Shown: positions 49,205 through 59,817 of the stretch, piece by piece
How positions within the stretch are numbered: position 1 is the stretch's first letter
Layout of the letters: every line of letters begins with the position of its first letter
From: a virus
Taxonomy: Duplodnaviria; Caudoviricetes
IMG/VR virus record: IMGVR_UViG_3300021431_000003
Span: 128,001-192,000 of that record
Length of the DNA: 64,000 nt
Direction: 5' to 3' (one strand)
Notes under the pieces: generated by a model
What the model saw: the letters and a program-made list of their open reading frames with translations, nothing else
Database searches by the model: none
What the model was told of the DNA's origin: nothing
Made by a program: the position numbers and the translations under genes

Positions 49205-50848
49205 ATGCTTAAAGGTGTAGATATTTCTAAATGGAATGGTAGTATTGACTTTTCCAAACTCAAGGGACAAGTAGATTTTGTCATTATGAGAGCTGGATAT
49301 GGTAGACTTACTTCTCAAAAAGATGAACGTTTTGAAGAGTATTATGCTGCTTGTGAAAGGCATGGTATTCCAAAGGGTTGTTACTGGGTATCTTATGCTA
49401 CATCTGGTTCTGAAGCTATTCAAGAAGCTAATGCTTTTCTTTCTTGTGTAAAAGGTAAGAAGTTTGAATATCCTGTTATGTTTGATTATGAAGCATTTCC
49501 AGGATATGAAAAACAAAAAGAAGCTTCTGTCGCTAGAGAAGTAATCACCAACTTCATGGATACTGTAAAAAATGCTGGTTATTATGTAGGTTTATACTCT
49601 TACTATTCTATGTTTAAGAATTGTATTCCTAGTGATATGCAAGATGGTAGATATGATATCTGGCTTGCACATTATACTTCTTCTACTTCTTATACTAGTC
49701 ATAAGATGTGGCAATATTCTTCTAAAGGAAGACTTAATGGGATCTCTTGTGAATTCGATATGAACTACTGTTATGTAGATAATTATCCAGAGATTATTCA
49801 GAAGGGTGGTTATAATGGTTATACTAAGAATAGTGAAGTTGTAACTCCTACACCAGTAGTAGAACATGTGAATGTAACTCATCCTATTGATTCTTCTACA
49901 ACTACATATGAACAAAAACATTATGCTTATAATGATAAGACCCAGTTATCTAAGCACTTTAATGTACAAGAGTTCAAGTGTAAGTGTGGTAAACAGCATG
50001 ATATTGTAATCAATACTAGACTCGTTGCTGGTCTTGAAAAACTGTTTGAGAAGTTTAACTGCTCTATGATTATTGTAAACAGCGGATATCGTTGTCCTGA
50101 ATATGATATCAAGATGAATGGCTTTGCTGGTAAACATTCTGTTGGTGATGCTGCAGATGTGGTATTCTATGATAAGAATAAAGCTGTTATTTCTACAAAA
50201 AAGATTTCCTGTGCTGCTCAAGATATGGAAGGTATATTCGGTGGTATTGCAAATACAAACAAGACTTATACAGAAATCCATCTTGATGTAAGACAAGGTC
50301 ATAGATGGCTTGGTAATGAGATTGTTTCTAATAACACTGTTACTAACGACTTCTATTCTTACTATGGTCTTTCTAAGGAAAATGCATATAGTAAGACTGC
50401 TCCTGTTGTTGGAGCTAAGATTAATCTTAACAATACAAATTTATATGCTTCTTCTAATACATCTAATGTAGCTAGAAAACTCTCTGGTGACTATTATGTA
50501 TATGATGGTCAAGTAGTAAATGGAAGAATTCGTATTACTAACTCTGCTGATAAAGTAGGTAAGAATATGAATAATGTAACTGGTTGGGTAGATGTTGCAT
50601 CTGTAACAAAGACTGCACCTAAGCCTGTAGATACTGCTATTACTGTTGGTAAAGAAGTAAAACTTAGCAGTACACCTATTTATGCTTCTGCAGGTGCTTC
50701 CAGATATTCTTCTAAGAAGACTGGTACTTACTATGTGTATAGTGATGAAGTAATTAAAGGAAGAGTTCGTATTACTAACTCTGCTGATAAAGTAGGTAAG
50801 GGCATGAGTAATGTAACTGGCTGGGTAAACGTATCTGATATCAAGTAA
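49205..50848 (+). CDS. Endolysin: GH25 muramidase + peptidase M15A + two SH3-like wall-binding repeats
   Basis: GVDISKWNG, FDYE, MWQYSS (GH25); HF...EFKCKCG, NSGYRC, H..G.AAD, HLD (M15); duplicated GRIRITNSADKVGK...VTGWV. Confidence 0.9.
   Translation: MLKGVDISKWNGSIDFSKLKGQVDFVIMRAGYGRLTSQKDERFEEYYAACERHGIPKGCYWVSYATSGSEAIQEANAFLSCVKGKKFEYPVMFDYEAFPGYEKQKEASVAREVITNFMDTVKNAGYYVGLYSYYSMFKNCIPSDMQDGRYDIWLAHYTSSTSYTSHKMWQYSSKGRLNGISCEFDMNYCYVDNYPEIIQKGGYNGYTKNSEVVTPTPVVEHVNVTHPIDSSTTTYEQKHYAYNDKTQLSKHFNVQEFKCKCGKQHDIVINTRLVAGLEKLFEKFNCSMIIVNSGYRCPEYDIKMNGFAGKHSVGDAADVVFYDKNKAVISTKKISCAAQDMEGIFGGIANTNKTYTEIHLDVRQGHRWLGNEIVSNNTVTNDFYSYYGLSKENAYSKTAPVVGAKINLNNTNLYASSNTSNVARKLSGDYYVYDGQVVNGRIRITNSADKVGKNMNNVTGWVDVASVTKTAPKPVDTAITVGKEVKLSSTPIYASAGASRYSSKKTGTYYVYSDEVIKGRVRITNSADKVGKGMSNVTGWVNVSDIK
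50522..50827 (+). repeat. Intragenic near-identical repeat (about 70 bp, 50522-50590 and 50759-50827)
   Basis: Shared core TTCGTATTACTAACTCTGCTGATAAAGTAGGTAAG in the two wall-binding modules. Confidence 0.9.
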
Positions 50849-50941
50849 TATAAAAAGAACAGGGACATAAAAGTCCCTGTTCTTATTCTTTGACTCGGAG
50901 AACTATTTAGTAATGACTTAATAATGTTAGGAGGTAATTGT

Positions 50942-51691
50942 ATGGAACAGGATAAAGTAATCCTTAATGGAAACGATTTCCCTGATATTACTATGTATTT
51001 AAACAACGGAAATCCTACTCTGAGAAGTCCGTCTTCTGTTTACGAAGTATCTTTAATGCAAACTAAAGAAACACTTGCTGATATTGATAGTTATAGCAGA
51101 TTCATCAAGAATGCTATTACTCAATTTAGACATAATGGTAGATTCTATAAAGCATATAAAGCTCATTTAATGGAACTTGGTTTAGACCATTGTGCTTATT
51201 TACATAATGTAAGTTCTGATATGGCAGAACTTGAAATGAATCATGTTATTCTTACATTATTTGATGTAGCTCTTATGATTTGTGAGCACTATATTAATAC
51301 ATATGGTCAAGTATCTACTTTCCATATTGTAGGTGCTTTAAGAGAAGAGCATAAACATAATAGAGTACCAATCATTATGATGTCTAAAACTGTACATCAG
51401 TTATATCATGATGATGATTTATTCTATGTACATCCTAGTCAAGTATTTGGCAAGTGGACTGAACTGATTAGAAATTACTATAATGGTATTACACCAGAGA
51501 TTTGTAATAAACTGTTATATTATATTAGACTTGCTCTTAAAGAGAAAGAGTCTAATGATAATGATTTGCTCACACTAGCAAATGAAATTAAGAATTGGAG
51601 CGAAAGGAATTATGGAAGTGTTATCTACACAACTGAATCTCCAAACCCTTATCATTATTGGAATAATCCTAATCCTGGTACTGGTTTTTGA
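50942..51691 (+). CDS. Conserved hypothetical protein, degenerate HNH-like
   Basis: CAYL....LEMNH...IMMSKTVHQLYH pattern; late promoter at 50901. Confidence 0.5.
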   Translation: MEQDKVILNGNDFPDITMYLNNGNPTLRSPSSVYEVSLMQTKETLADIDSYSRFIKNAITQFRHNGRFYKAYKAHLMELGLDHCAYLHNVSSDMAELEMNHVILTLFDVALMICEHYINTYGQVSTFHIVGALREEHKHNRVPIIMMSKTVHQLYHDDDLFYVHPSQVFGKWTELIRNYYNGITPEICNKLLYYIRLALKEKESNDNDLLTLANEIKNWSERNYGSVIYTTESPNPYHYWNNPNPGTGF

Positions 51692-52070
51692 GATTAACTT
51701 ATTCAGGTCATTTAAGAAATGGCTTGAATTTAAATATGCAGAACTTGAACAGAAACAATATGATATTGATACCCATCTAAATGTAACAGATGATATTGAA
51801 ACTCGTTTAGATACAGTAATTGAGAGTTGTTTTCAAGAATACTCTTTAATGAATTTAATCTATAAGACAGATTGGTATATTAAGGAAGAAGAAGAGATTC
51901 AGATTAGTAAAGATATCTGTTCTCTTGTAAGTGAAAGAATATCTCCTGTAATGCTTAAACAATTATCATTGTATTATAAAGAAGAGGCTATTTATGATAT
52001 CATTGCAAAGCGTGTATATTTCAAAGTAACTAACTTTGTTATTGAGCATAATAAAAATAAACCTCTCTAA
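51612..52070 (+). CDS. Single-TM membrane protein, holin candidate
   Basis: LIIIGIILILVLVF TM segment, close to the endolysin, AAAGGA RBS. Confidence 0.45.
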   Translation: MEVLSTQLNLQTLIIIGIILILVLVFEINLFRSFKKWLEFKYAELEQKQYDIDTHLNVTDDIETRLDTVIESCFQEYSLMNLIYKTDWYIKEEEEIQISKDICSLVSERISPVMLKQLSLYYKEEAIYDIIAKRVYFKVTNFVIEHNKNKPL

Positions 52071-52101
52071 GTATTAAAATACTATAGAAAGGAGGATATG
52101 G

Positions 52102-55100
52102 ATGAAATATAACTATGAATTCGATATGAAGTATACTGATAATCCATATATAGATATCATTGTACAGTGTGTTAAGATACTTGGCATGAATGCAGTTGTA
52201 AAAAATGAAAACCAAGCTCTTCATTATGAAGACGTACGTTCTGCAAAATATGCTACAGACTACATCACTTTCAAAGAAGGTGACTGGGATGAACAGAAAA
52301 AAGGTGCTTATTGGGAAGAGAAATACTTTGAGTGGAATAGTTATTACAGAATGCTATACGGATTACCACCAATGTATACTCTTAATGATGAAAAAGCATA
52401 TCTTGATGCTACTGGATATGGTGACGAAATATATGAAGACATCGGTAATGCTTGGGTAATTCCAGAACTTTATAAGAGATATTTTATAGATATGGGTCAG
52501 TATACACTTCCAGAAGAGATGTCTAATGTATTAGATTTGACTGGAAGATATCTACATGAACTTTCATTAGAAGAATTATCTATGATTGAATCATGTGGTA
52601 TTATGAAACAAATTCTATCTGAGTATGGAGAAGATCCTCATTATCAATATATTTATCATCTAGGTGATAAGAGAATAGATTATTATACTGCTCGTAAAGC
52701 AGTAAACTTCTCTCTTTTATGGATTCCTTCATTAAATACATTTGATATCATAGAGAATAAGTTTAAGAGAGTATTTGATAGAAACCGTAGATATACTATG
52801 GCTACTGTATACTCTGAAGCTTATCGTTTTATGTCATATCATTATGATGCATTCATTGAGATTCTTATTATCATTCAAACAATGGTAGATATGATTTCTG
52901 AAGTACAGGAATACATCATTAACAAAGATGTATTTGACTCTAGAACTATCAGATATCTATTTGAATCTTATGGTATTGCATATTATAAAGAGATTCCAGT
53001 AAAGTATCAGATTCGCATTATCAAGAACGTTAATACTCTATTGAAGTATAAGTCTTCTCATAGAAACATTATTGATATTCTTGAACTGTTTGATGATGAT
53101 ACTATTACTATATACACATATTATCTTATGAAGACTAAAAAGCTTCATAGAGATAACTTCTTCTTTTATACTGAAGATGACGTAAATCCTAAATATGGTA
53201 CAGAAAGAGATTATTGGATTGGTCCTAAATCTGATATATCTAATAACAAAGTACCACTAACAAACGTAAAGTATAATGTAGATGAACCAGAATTCATTCA
53301 ACAATGCGTATATAACTACGAGTTGATTGATAAAGATGAAAAGGATGAAACTAAAAATCGTAAATTAACAGAAGAGCAAGTAGTAGCATCTATGATTGCT
53401 AGACCACTTACTTCTTTTACAGTATTACAACCTGTCAATAGTTTCATTGATACTTTTATGCGAAATGAAACAGTTAACTGGTTCGATATAACAGAATATA
53501 ATAGTGATACACAAGGTTCTGAATATCTAAGAAAGAGAAATGATTATCTTACTGGATTTGGAGAGGCTATTGCTGAACGAATCAAAAAGTATTTTGATAA
53601 TCTATGTGTTGACGAAAATAACTTTGCTTTAAACTCTTATAATTATCGTAGAATTAAGTATGAGCTATACAGTATATTGGGTGTATTTGATGCTAATATA
53701 CTTGCGAGCGAGAACTTTAATACTATGACAGATGCTGAACTTGAACAGTATTTTTATCAAGCAGATACTTTAATTACTGATGCATATGCTACTAAGCATA
53801 ATATATTAAAAAATTCTGGATATAATACATTAGAAGATTATAGAGAAAACAGTCCTGATAGATTTATACTGAATCATAGTATTCCTTATATGACATACTT
53901 TGATTATAAACTTGAAGATACTGAAATATATGAGGATGTAGATAATCATATACAAGCATATGTATTCCAAAACAATAATAGCTTTACTATTATTCCTCAA
54001 TTGTATCCTGACAACTATGATAAGTGGACTAAATTATTTAGAGAAACTTATCTAATCGCTGTAAGAAGTTATATAGAGGGTATCTTTACAGATTATGAAA
54101 TAGATGAAGTTAATAATCCTACACCACAATATATTGGATGGATAGATTTAAACTATGTAGTATCGCAGTTAGGTAAAGGTATTAGTGAATTTGAGATTGG
54201 TGATAAGGTAACTACAATAGGTCATAATAATATTCCTATCTATACATCTTCGTATATATACGAAATTATTACTAAAGACATGGTAGGACAAGAGTTCTAT
54301 AGAAAGAACTATGACTTATGTTTTCTTAAAGTACCAATCTTAGACTCTAATGCGTATAAGATGCTAGAACGTTATGATATGCGTCGTAATTATGATATGA
54401 TTACGTTAGCAGATCCGTTCTGGGACGGTGTATCTACGTTTGATATTCTTACAGAAGCTGAACGTGAAAAGCTTCATCAATCTAAGAAACAAGAAATTCT
54501 TAGTAAGGATTTCACTATTGAACGTACTAAATATATAGGTGTAGAAGCATCTATAGATTTGACTAAGATGTCATATCAGATATGCTACTTTATGAATATG
54601 CTATATGATAAATATAGAGACGAAGAAGCATTAATATTAGATGTAGATCAAGAGCTAGTATCTTCTGGTAGAGCAAGATTGAATGATATGCTTACTTTTG
54701 CTATAGCATTGAATTATCTATATCAAGGTGTAGAACCAGACAATATTGCATCTGATATGGAAAAGAATATGTATATCAATGGATTCAATTTTGATAATGA
54801 CTGGAATGATATTTATAACTATCTTGAAAATCAACATCATATCTATAATAATTATTTGAATGACCCTATAAAAACATATACTTATAAAGATGAATTTGAT
54901 GAAGAACATACTGTAGAAAATGGTTATGGTATTGACCCGCTACAACAGGGATGGAAAACTGAATTATATGAAAACTTTATCGTATATGACTTTGGTAAAG
55001 ATATCAAAACATATTTAGGTCTTCCTATATATGATTCTACTACTGGTAAGCCTACTAATAAACGTTCACTAAAAAATAGTGATAATACACCTAATAATGT

Positions 55101-56826
55101 AAGAATTGGTGCATTTTTAAGTGGTCGTTATAAACAGTGTGCTGATGATTGTATTACAACAGCAAAGTTTGATTTAGACTTTGGTGCTTCTGATATATGG
55201 AATTACAATCTATGTAATGCTGTTAAATATGATTGGAGTACTGGAGAATTTTCTACATTTGATATATCTTGGAAACCTACTCAATATCCAAATGATGATA
55301 ACAATTCTCATGGTTTATGGCTATCTACAGATATTCTTAGAGTAATGAATGCAAATGTATCTGATTTAGAAAGATTTGAAATGCTAAAGAAGATATATTA
55401 TTCTAATACTAATCTATATGACCATCTGACTTATATGATGAGAACAGCACAATCTAAACGTATGTATGATATTTATAAAGTAGTATATGATTCATATATG
55501 GAAACTAAGATGAATCATGACTTCTATAAACTCATAAATACTAACGGTTCTGCTATATATACAGATAATAATAACGAGAATTCTACTTACTATATCATAG
55601 ATAGAACCTATTATATTAAAGATAATGAAGGTTTTCCTGTATATGAATTAGTAGATAGTATTACTGGTGATACAAAGAAATATTACTTCTCTCATAATGC
55701 AGACTTTACTAACTGTAGTTATATAAGCGAAGATGGTACTGATATAGTAGAGTGTAAGTATATTAAATCTAAGCTTATAAGAGAAAATAAAAAAGAATAC
55801 TATGTATCTAATGACTTACCAGAAGAATTCCCACGTGGATTCATGTTCCCTGATAATATATATGAAGAACAAGATAAGAACTTTGTAATGGCTGAGCAGC
55901 ATTATTATATGCTACAGAATATTAAGAATCCTAGAATTCTTATTCCTATTACAATTGATCCAAAATCTAATCCTATTAAGATGATTGATGTAATTGAAGG
56001 GGATACAACATTTGTAGAAAATGGTGTAGAAGGTAATATAAATGTTACTAAGAACGAAGACGGTTCTGTAACTGTTATTATTACACATCCAGATTACATT
56101 GAGCCAATTGAACTTACTGTAAATATTGAATGGAAGATTGCATCTGATTATTATGAGTATATGCAGTATAGAAATATAGAGTTATATAATCATCTTATTG
56201 ATATCAAGTATAACTATAATAATGTATATGACCCAGTGAAACAAGCCTATGTGCCTAGTGATGAGAAACGTCAAAGAATTGAAGCTCTATGTGAAATGAT
56301 TGTAATGGCACTGGAAAAATACTTTGATAGAAATGAGTGGAGATATATCTTTAATCTTATTCCTACTGCTAACATTCAAAACATCCAGAACTATATTATG
56401 AAGATGGTAATCTTCTTCAAATCTTGGAAAACACAGATTCTTGATACTGCAGTTACTTATGTATTAGATGATCCTTATAATAACCATGTACAGATTCTAG
56501 ATGATATGTATTACAATACTACATTTGATAATTTGTTAGAAAAGGTTAGACCTAAGGAATATAAATACTTCCATAATTATACTGAATACAGAGACTCAAT
56601 TAAAATTGGAGAGAAGGTTGACTTTGAAGTCGTAAACTTTGAACCATACTGGGCTACATTTGGATTCGGTGAGAAGATTTATGGTCATAGATTTGATTAT
56701 CCAGTCTTTAACTCTAATCTTAACTACAGAGATGCAATTGGAGTTAGTGAAAAGATTGAAATTAATACAGTCGAGTATACTGGTGAAGTCACTCAAGATT
56801 CTAACGGAAACTATTTATTCCCATAA
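52102..56826 (+). CDS. Large baseplate wedge / tail structural protein
   Basis: 1574 aa; YLFESYG.....R.IIKN...LLKYKSS...I..IL.LF resembles the gpI/gp7-type wedge motif. Confidence 0.6.
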   Translation: MKYNYEFDMKYTDNPYIDIIVQCVKILGMNAVVKNENQALHYEDVRSAKYATDYITFKEGDWDEQKKGAYWEEKYFEWNSYYRMLYGLPPMYTLNDEKAYLDATGYGDEIYEDIGNAWVIPELYKRYFIDMGQYTLPEEMSNVLDLTGRYLHELSLEELSMIESCGIMKQILSEYGEDPHYQYIYHLGDKRIDYYTARKAVNFSLLWIPSLNTFDIIENKFKRVFDRNRRYTMATVYSEAYRFMSYHYDAFIEILIIIQTMVDMISEVQEYIINKDVFDSRTIRYLFESYGIAYYKEIPVKYQIRIIKNVNTLLKYKSSHRNIIDILELFDDDTITIYTYYLMKTKKLHRDNFFFYTEDDVNPKYGTERDYWIGPKSDISNNKVPLTNVKYNVDEPEFIQQCVYNYELIDKDEKDETKNRKLTEEQVVASMIARPLTSFTVLQPVNSFIDTFMRNETVNWFDITEYNSDTQGSEYLRKRNDYLTGFGEAIAERIKKYFDNLCVDENNFALNSYNYRRIKYELYSILGVFDANILASENFNTMTDAELEQYFYQADTLITDAYATKHNILKNSGYNTLEDYRENSPDRFILNHSIPYMTYFDYKLEDTEIYEDVDNHIQAYVFQNNNSFTIIPQLYPDNYDKWTKLFRETYLIAVRSYIEGIFTDYEIDEVNNPTPQYIGWIDLNYVVSQLGKGISEFEIGDKVTTIGHNNIPIYTSSYIYEIITKDMVGQEFYRKNYDLCFLKVPILDSNAYKMLERYDMRRNYDMITLADPFWDGVSTFDILTEAEREKLHQSKKQEILSKDFTIERTKYIGVEASIDLTKMSYQICYFMNMLYDKYRDEEALILDVDQELVSSGRARLNDMLTFAIALNYLYQGVEPDNIASDMEKNMYINGFNFDNDWNDIYNYLENQHHIYNNYLNDPIKTYTYKDEFDEEHTVENGYGIDPLQQGWKTELYENFIVYDFGKDIKTYLGLPIYDSTTGKPTNKRSLKNSDNTPNNVRIGAFLSGRYKQCADDCITTAKFDLDFGASDIWNYNLCNAVKYDWSTGEFSTFDISWKPTQYPNDDNNSHGLWLSTDILRVMNANVSDLERFEMLKKIYYSNTNLYDHLTYMMRTAQSKRMYDIYKVVYDSYMETKMNHDFYKLINTNGSAIYTDNNNENSTYYIIDRTYYIKDNEGFPVYELVDSITGDTKKYYFSHNADFTNCSYISEDGTDIVECKYIKSKLIRENKKEYYVSNDLPEEFPRGFMFPDNIYEEQDKNFVMAEQHYYMLQNIKNPRILIPITIDPKSNPIKMIDVIEGDTTFVENGVEGNINVTKNEDGSVTVIITHPDYIEPIELTVNIEWKIASDYYEYMQYRNIELYNHLIDIKYNYNNVYDPVKQAYVPSDEKRQRIEALCEMIVMALEKYFDRNEWRYIFNLIPTANIQNIQNYIMKMVIFFKSWKTQILDTAVTYVLDDPYNNHVQILDDMYYNTTFDNLLEKVRPKEYKYFHNYTEYRDSIKIGEKVDFEVVNFEPYWATFGFGEKIYGHRFDYPVFNSNLNYRDAIGVSEKIEINTVEYTGEVTQDSNGNYLFP

Positions 56827-56840
56827 TTAGGAGGTATACT

Positions 56841-57887
56841 ATGGATAATAAAAAATTAACTATCTTTGATAAAGGTAATGATATCAAAGAAACTGCTGGT
56901 GTAAAAGGAACCAGTATTATTCTTAAAGAGCTTGATAGCGGTAAGGTATTATTCAGAGGTAGCAATAAAGTAATTGTATCTGGTTCTGAATTCAATGCGA
57001 TTAAGGACTTCGATTATGATAGCTTTATGTGTGAAGCTGATAATGACTTCTTATCTAATATTCCAAGTTATGACCAGGCATTTGCTGCAGCTGATAAGCC
57101 ATTTAGATTTGCAGCTGGCACTGATACTCCAATCGGTGTAGAGAATATTGCTGCAGCTGGTTCTAGTCTTGGTTTCTATACTGGTGCATCCAATAGCGTT
57201 CTTAGTAATGTAACTAGTGCACTTACTTTCTCCAACACAAAGCATCAACAGTTCTACCAGTATTTTACTCGTAGAGTTTGTCTCTGGTGTCTCGGTATTG
57301 ATGGTTGTGGTGTAGAAGCCTCTAGAGTATTCAAGGTTCATAATACTAAGTGGATTGCTCCGTATGGATACGCAGATTATAATGATGGTACAGGTGGTAA
57401 TAATACCTATAGTCATATCGATAACTGCTTAATTCCATTTAAGTATAGAACTTCTGATGCAGACTTAGAGGATACTTATAGAGCTCAGTACTTTGGTCGT
57501 GCAGAAGTAGCAACCAATATAGTTGGATATTTCTTTAAGGCATTTGATGAGACACCTAAGCTTATTCGTCGTTATGCAGATGATAGTACATTCCTTTCTA
57601 ATGTAGAAGATGTATGGGCTGATAAGCGTGCATCTGAAGCAGAAGTAGTTGTACAACTTAAGATGTCTGTATCTGCAACAGACTGCAGAGAATACTTCCA
57701 GAAAAGAACTGGTGTTAATGATTCTAAGGTTAATACTATTTCACTCTGTACTGCAGTTCCATATGTAAGAGATAATGATAAGATTGAATATCTTGATATT
57801 CGTCCTTTCACTAGATTCAACTTCCCTAACGAAGCACTCATTGATACTAGCAAGGGTATTGATATCACATACTATCTTTATTATTAA
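56841..57887 (+). CDS. Baseplate/tail structural protein
   Basis: NKVIVSG N-terminal and FTRFNFP....K.IDITYYLYY C-terminal pattern; follows the wedge gene. Confidence 0.55.
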   Translation: MDNKKLTIFDKGNDIKETAGVKGTSIILKELDSGKVLFRGSNKVIVSGSEFNAIKDFDYDSFMCEADNDFLSNIPSYDQAFAAADKPFRFAAGTDTPIGVENIAAAGSSLGFYTGASNSVLSNVTSALTFSNTKHQQFYQYFTRRVCLWCLGIDGCGVEASRVFKVHNTKWIAPYGYADYNDGTGGNNTYSHIDNCLIPFKYRTSDADLEDTYRAQYFGRAEVATNIVGYFFKAFDETPKLIRRYADDSTFLSNVEDVWADKRASEAEVVVQLKMSVSATDCREYFQKRTGVNDSKVNTISLCTAVPYVRDNDKIEYLDIRPFTRFNFPNEALIDTSKGIDITYYLYY

Positions 57888-57890
57888 TAC

Positions 57891-57928
57891 AAAAAAGAAG
57901 GCTGGATGTAAAGTCCAGTCTTCTTTTT
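57891..57928. terminator. Bidirectional terminator
   Basis: AAAAAGAAGGCTGGA / TCCAGTCTTCTTTTT. Confidence 0.8.
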
Positions 57929-57938
57929 GTTGTCAAGT

Positions 57939-58142
57939 TCAGCTTCTAGCTTCAGCCATCATAGTCAGCATCTTTTCCGTATTTTCTTTTACCATCGCTC
58001 TTTCTTCATTGAGCAGAGCAATGACTAGAGAAAAGTTTTTCTTATCCTGTGCATCTTTGAGTTTAGCTTTCAGTTCAGCATGTGCAATGTCGAACTGTTG
58101 CTGAATTTTTTCTAATGCTTGTTTCTGTTCTGCAATTGTCAT
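57939..58142 (-). CDS. Small coiled-coil protein
   Basis: GAGGA RBS; operonic with 58149..58538. Confidence 0.7.
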   Translation of the reverse strand: MTIAEQKQALEKIQQQFDIAHAELKAKLKDAQDKKNFSLVIALLNEERAMVKENTEKMLTMMAEARS

Positions 58143-58148
58143 AATTAT

Positions 58149-58538
58149 TTATCCTCTCATAATAGCTCTCTGGAATTCGCTAAATTCCGAGGGGTCTCTG
58201 ACCTCGACCCCAAGCTTTTTACCGAACTTTTCAAGAGTTTCCATCAGGCTCTTTGCTCTAGCTGTGTAACCTCTTTTTTTGGTTTCATCACCGTCGGGAA
58301 GAAGGACGAACAGATTTGGGTCAGCGGCGCGAACAGGCACTAACTTAATAGCGTACGTCTTGTTTTCGAAGCCAGCTCTCAATACCTCAATTGTGTTGAG
58401 GAATTTAACAGTTTTGATGCTGTCTGCAGGCTTATCCGAATAATTGCCGTCATCAATGACTGCAAATTCACTGTCCATGATAATGTCATCTGCATCCTTT
58501 ACCTTTAATACCGCTGCAATCTTAATAACATACATCAT
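58149..58538 (-). CDS. Accessory hypothetical protein (higher GC)
   Basis: AGGAG RBS, early promoter at 58679-58686. Confidence 0.7.
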   Translation of the reverse strand: MMYVIKIAAVLKVKDADDIIMDSEFAVIDDGNYSDKPADSIKTVKFLNTIEVLRAGFENKTYAIKLVPVRAADPNLFVLLPDGDETKKRGYTARAKSLMETLEKFGKKLGVEVRDPSEFSEFQRAIMRG

Positions 58539-58758
58539 AATTTTATCTCCTAGGACTGACCACTAAGTGGCGGGCTGACTAGGCCTCTTATCGATAGAAT
58601 ATATGAACGGAGCATAGACTTTTGTACACACGCTCCAGTTAAATACGAATATCAGACAATTGTCTTCTATTCACTATTATTATATACAAGTATCATAGTA
58701 AACTTTTACAAAAAAGAAACCCAGTGCAATTAAGCACTGGATTTCTTTTGTTAAAATT

Positions 58759-59268
58759 TTAATCCTTATTAGGTATTTTACCTTTGAAACGCAACATATC
58801 TTTTGCAGCTTGTTCTCGTGCTTCATTTCTTATACAGTTCCCTTCAACTAGTACAAGTTTTTCCTGACAAAACTCTTTTAATTTTGAATACTCACTCTCC
58901 ATTTCTTCTGTAATTCGTAATGTCTTAACAGGAGATATATAATATCTGGTTCTTACAGCTCTATGAGTTTCTTTTTCAACTTCAATAGCATTCATTACAC
59001 ATTCTTTTAAATTACCAGAAAAATCATCTTTCTTAATTACAGCGACACAATCAAATCCTTCTGTAGATAATACTGGCATAAAGCTACGAATGGGACCATA
59101 ATGATTATAACAAATATAATCTGCCCCTTCAGACTTTGCATACTTAATGATATTTATAATATTGTCATTAGTAGGAAAGAAGTAAATAACTCTTTCTTTC
59201 ACTTCTTCTTTATCTTTATAAATGAGAAAGAACTTGACACAATCAGCATCAATTATTTCATGTAACAT
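58759..59268 (-). CDS. Hypothetical protein, tandem paralog A
   Basis: Highly similar to 59281..59760 (KFFLIYKDKEEVKERVI, GFDCVAVIKKDDFSGNLKECVMNAIE). Confidence 0.8.
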   Translation of the reverse strand: MLHEIIDADCVKFFLIYKDKEEVKERVIYFFPTNDNIINIIKYAKSEGADYICYNHYGPIRSFMPVLSTEGFDCVAVIKKDDFSGNLKECVMNAIEVEKETHRAVRTRYYISPVKTLRITEEMESEYSKLKEFCQEKLVLVEGNCIRNEAREQAAKDMLRFKGKIPNKD

Positions 59269-59280
59269 ATAAAATCCTCC

Positions 59281-59760
59281 TTAAGATAAATCCTCAAGAT
59301 TGTTCTTGAGGTTTGTATCGTTTTCTTTAGCTATTTTGAGAGCTGTTCGACAAAGCTCTTTCATAGTTGAATTTCCACTGTATTCTGCAGTTTCTTCTAA
59401 AATTCGTATTGACTTTACAGGAGATAAATAATATCTGAGTTTTAAAGCTCTATGAGTTTCTTTTTCAATCTCAATAGCATTCATTACACATTCTTTTAAA
59501 TTACCAGAAAAATCATCTTTCTTAATTACAGCAACACAATCAAATCCTTTTACGGACAATACTGGTATAAAGTCATATCCTAGACCATTGTATCTATAAC
59601 AGATATAATCTGCTCCTTCTGTCTTAGCATACTTAATGATATTTGAAATATTGTTATCATTAGGAAAGAAGTGAATAACTCTTTCCTTTACTTCTTCTTT
59701 GTCTTTATAAATGAGAAAGAACTTTTTACAAGCAACATCAAATAATTCATGTAAAAGCAT
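59281..59760 (-). CDS. Hypothetical protein, tandem paralog B
   Basis: As above; identical AAGGAGGATTTTATATG start region. Confidence 0.8.
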   Translation of the reverse strand: MLLHELFDVACKKFFLIYKDKEEVKERVIHFFPNDNNISNIIKYAKTEGADYICYRYNGLGYDFIPVLSVKGFDCVAVIKKDDFSGNLKECVMNAIEIEKETHRALKLRYYLSPVKSIRILEETAEYSGNSTMKELCRTALKIAKENDTNLKNNLEDLS

Positions 59761-59817
59761 ATAAAATCCTCCTTAAAATAAACCCTCAGGAACATAATTC
59801 CTGAGGGTTGTTATATC

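Noticed and set aside
58759-59760. DGR template/variable repeat pair
   Set aside because: Both copies are intact genes, mismatches are not adenine-specific, and no reverse transcriptase is in the window.
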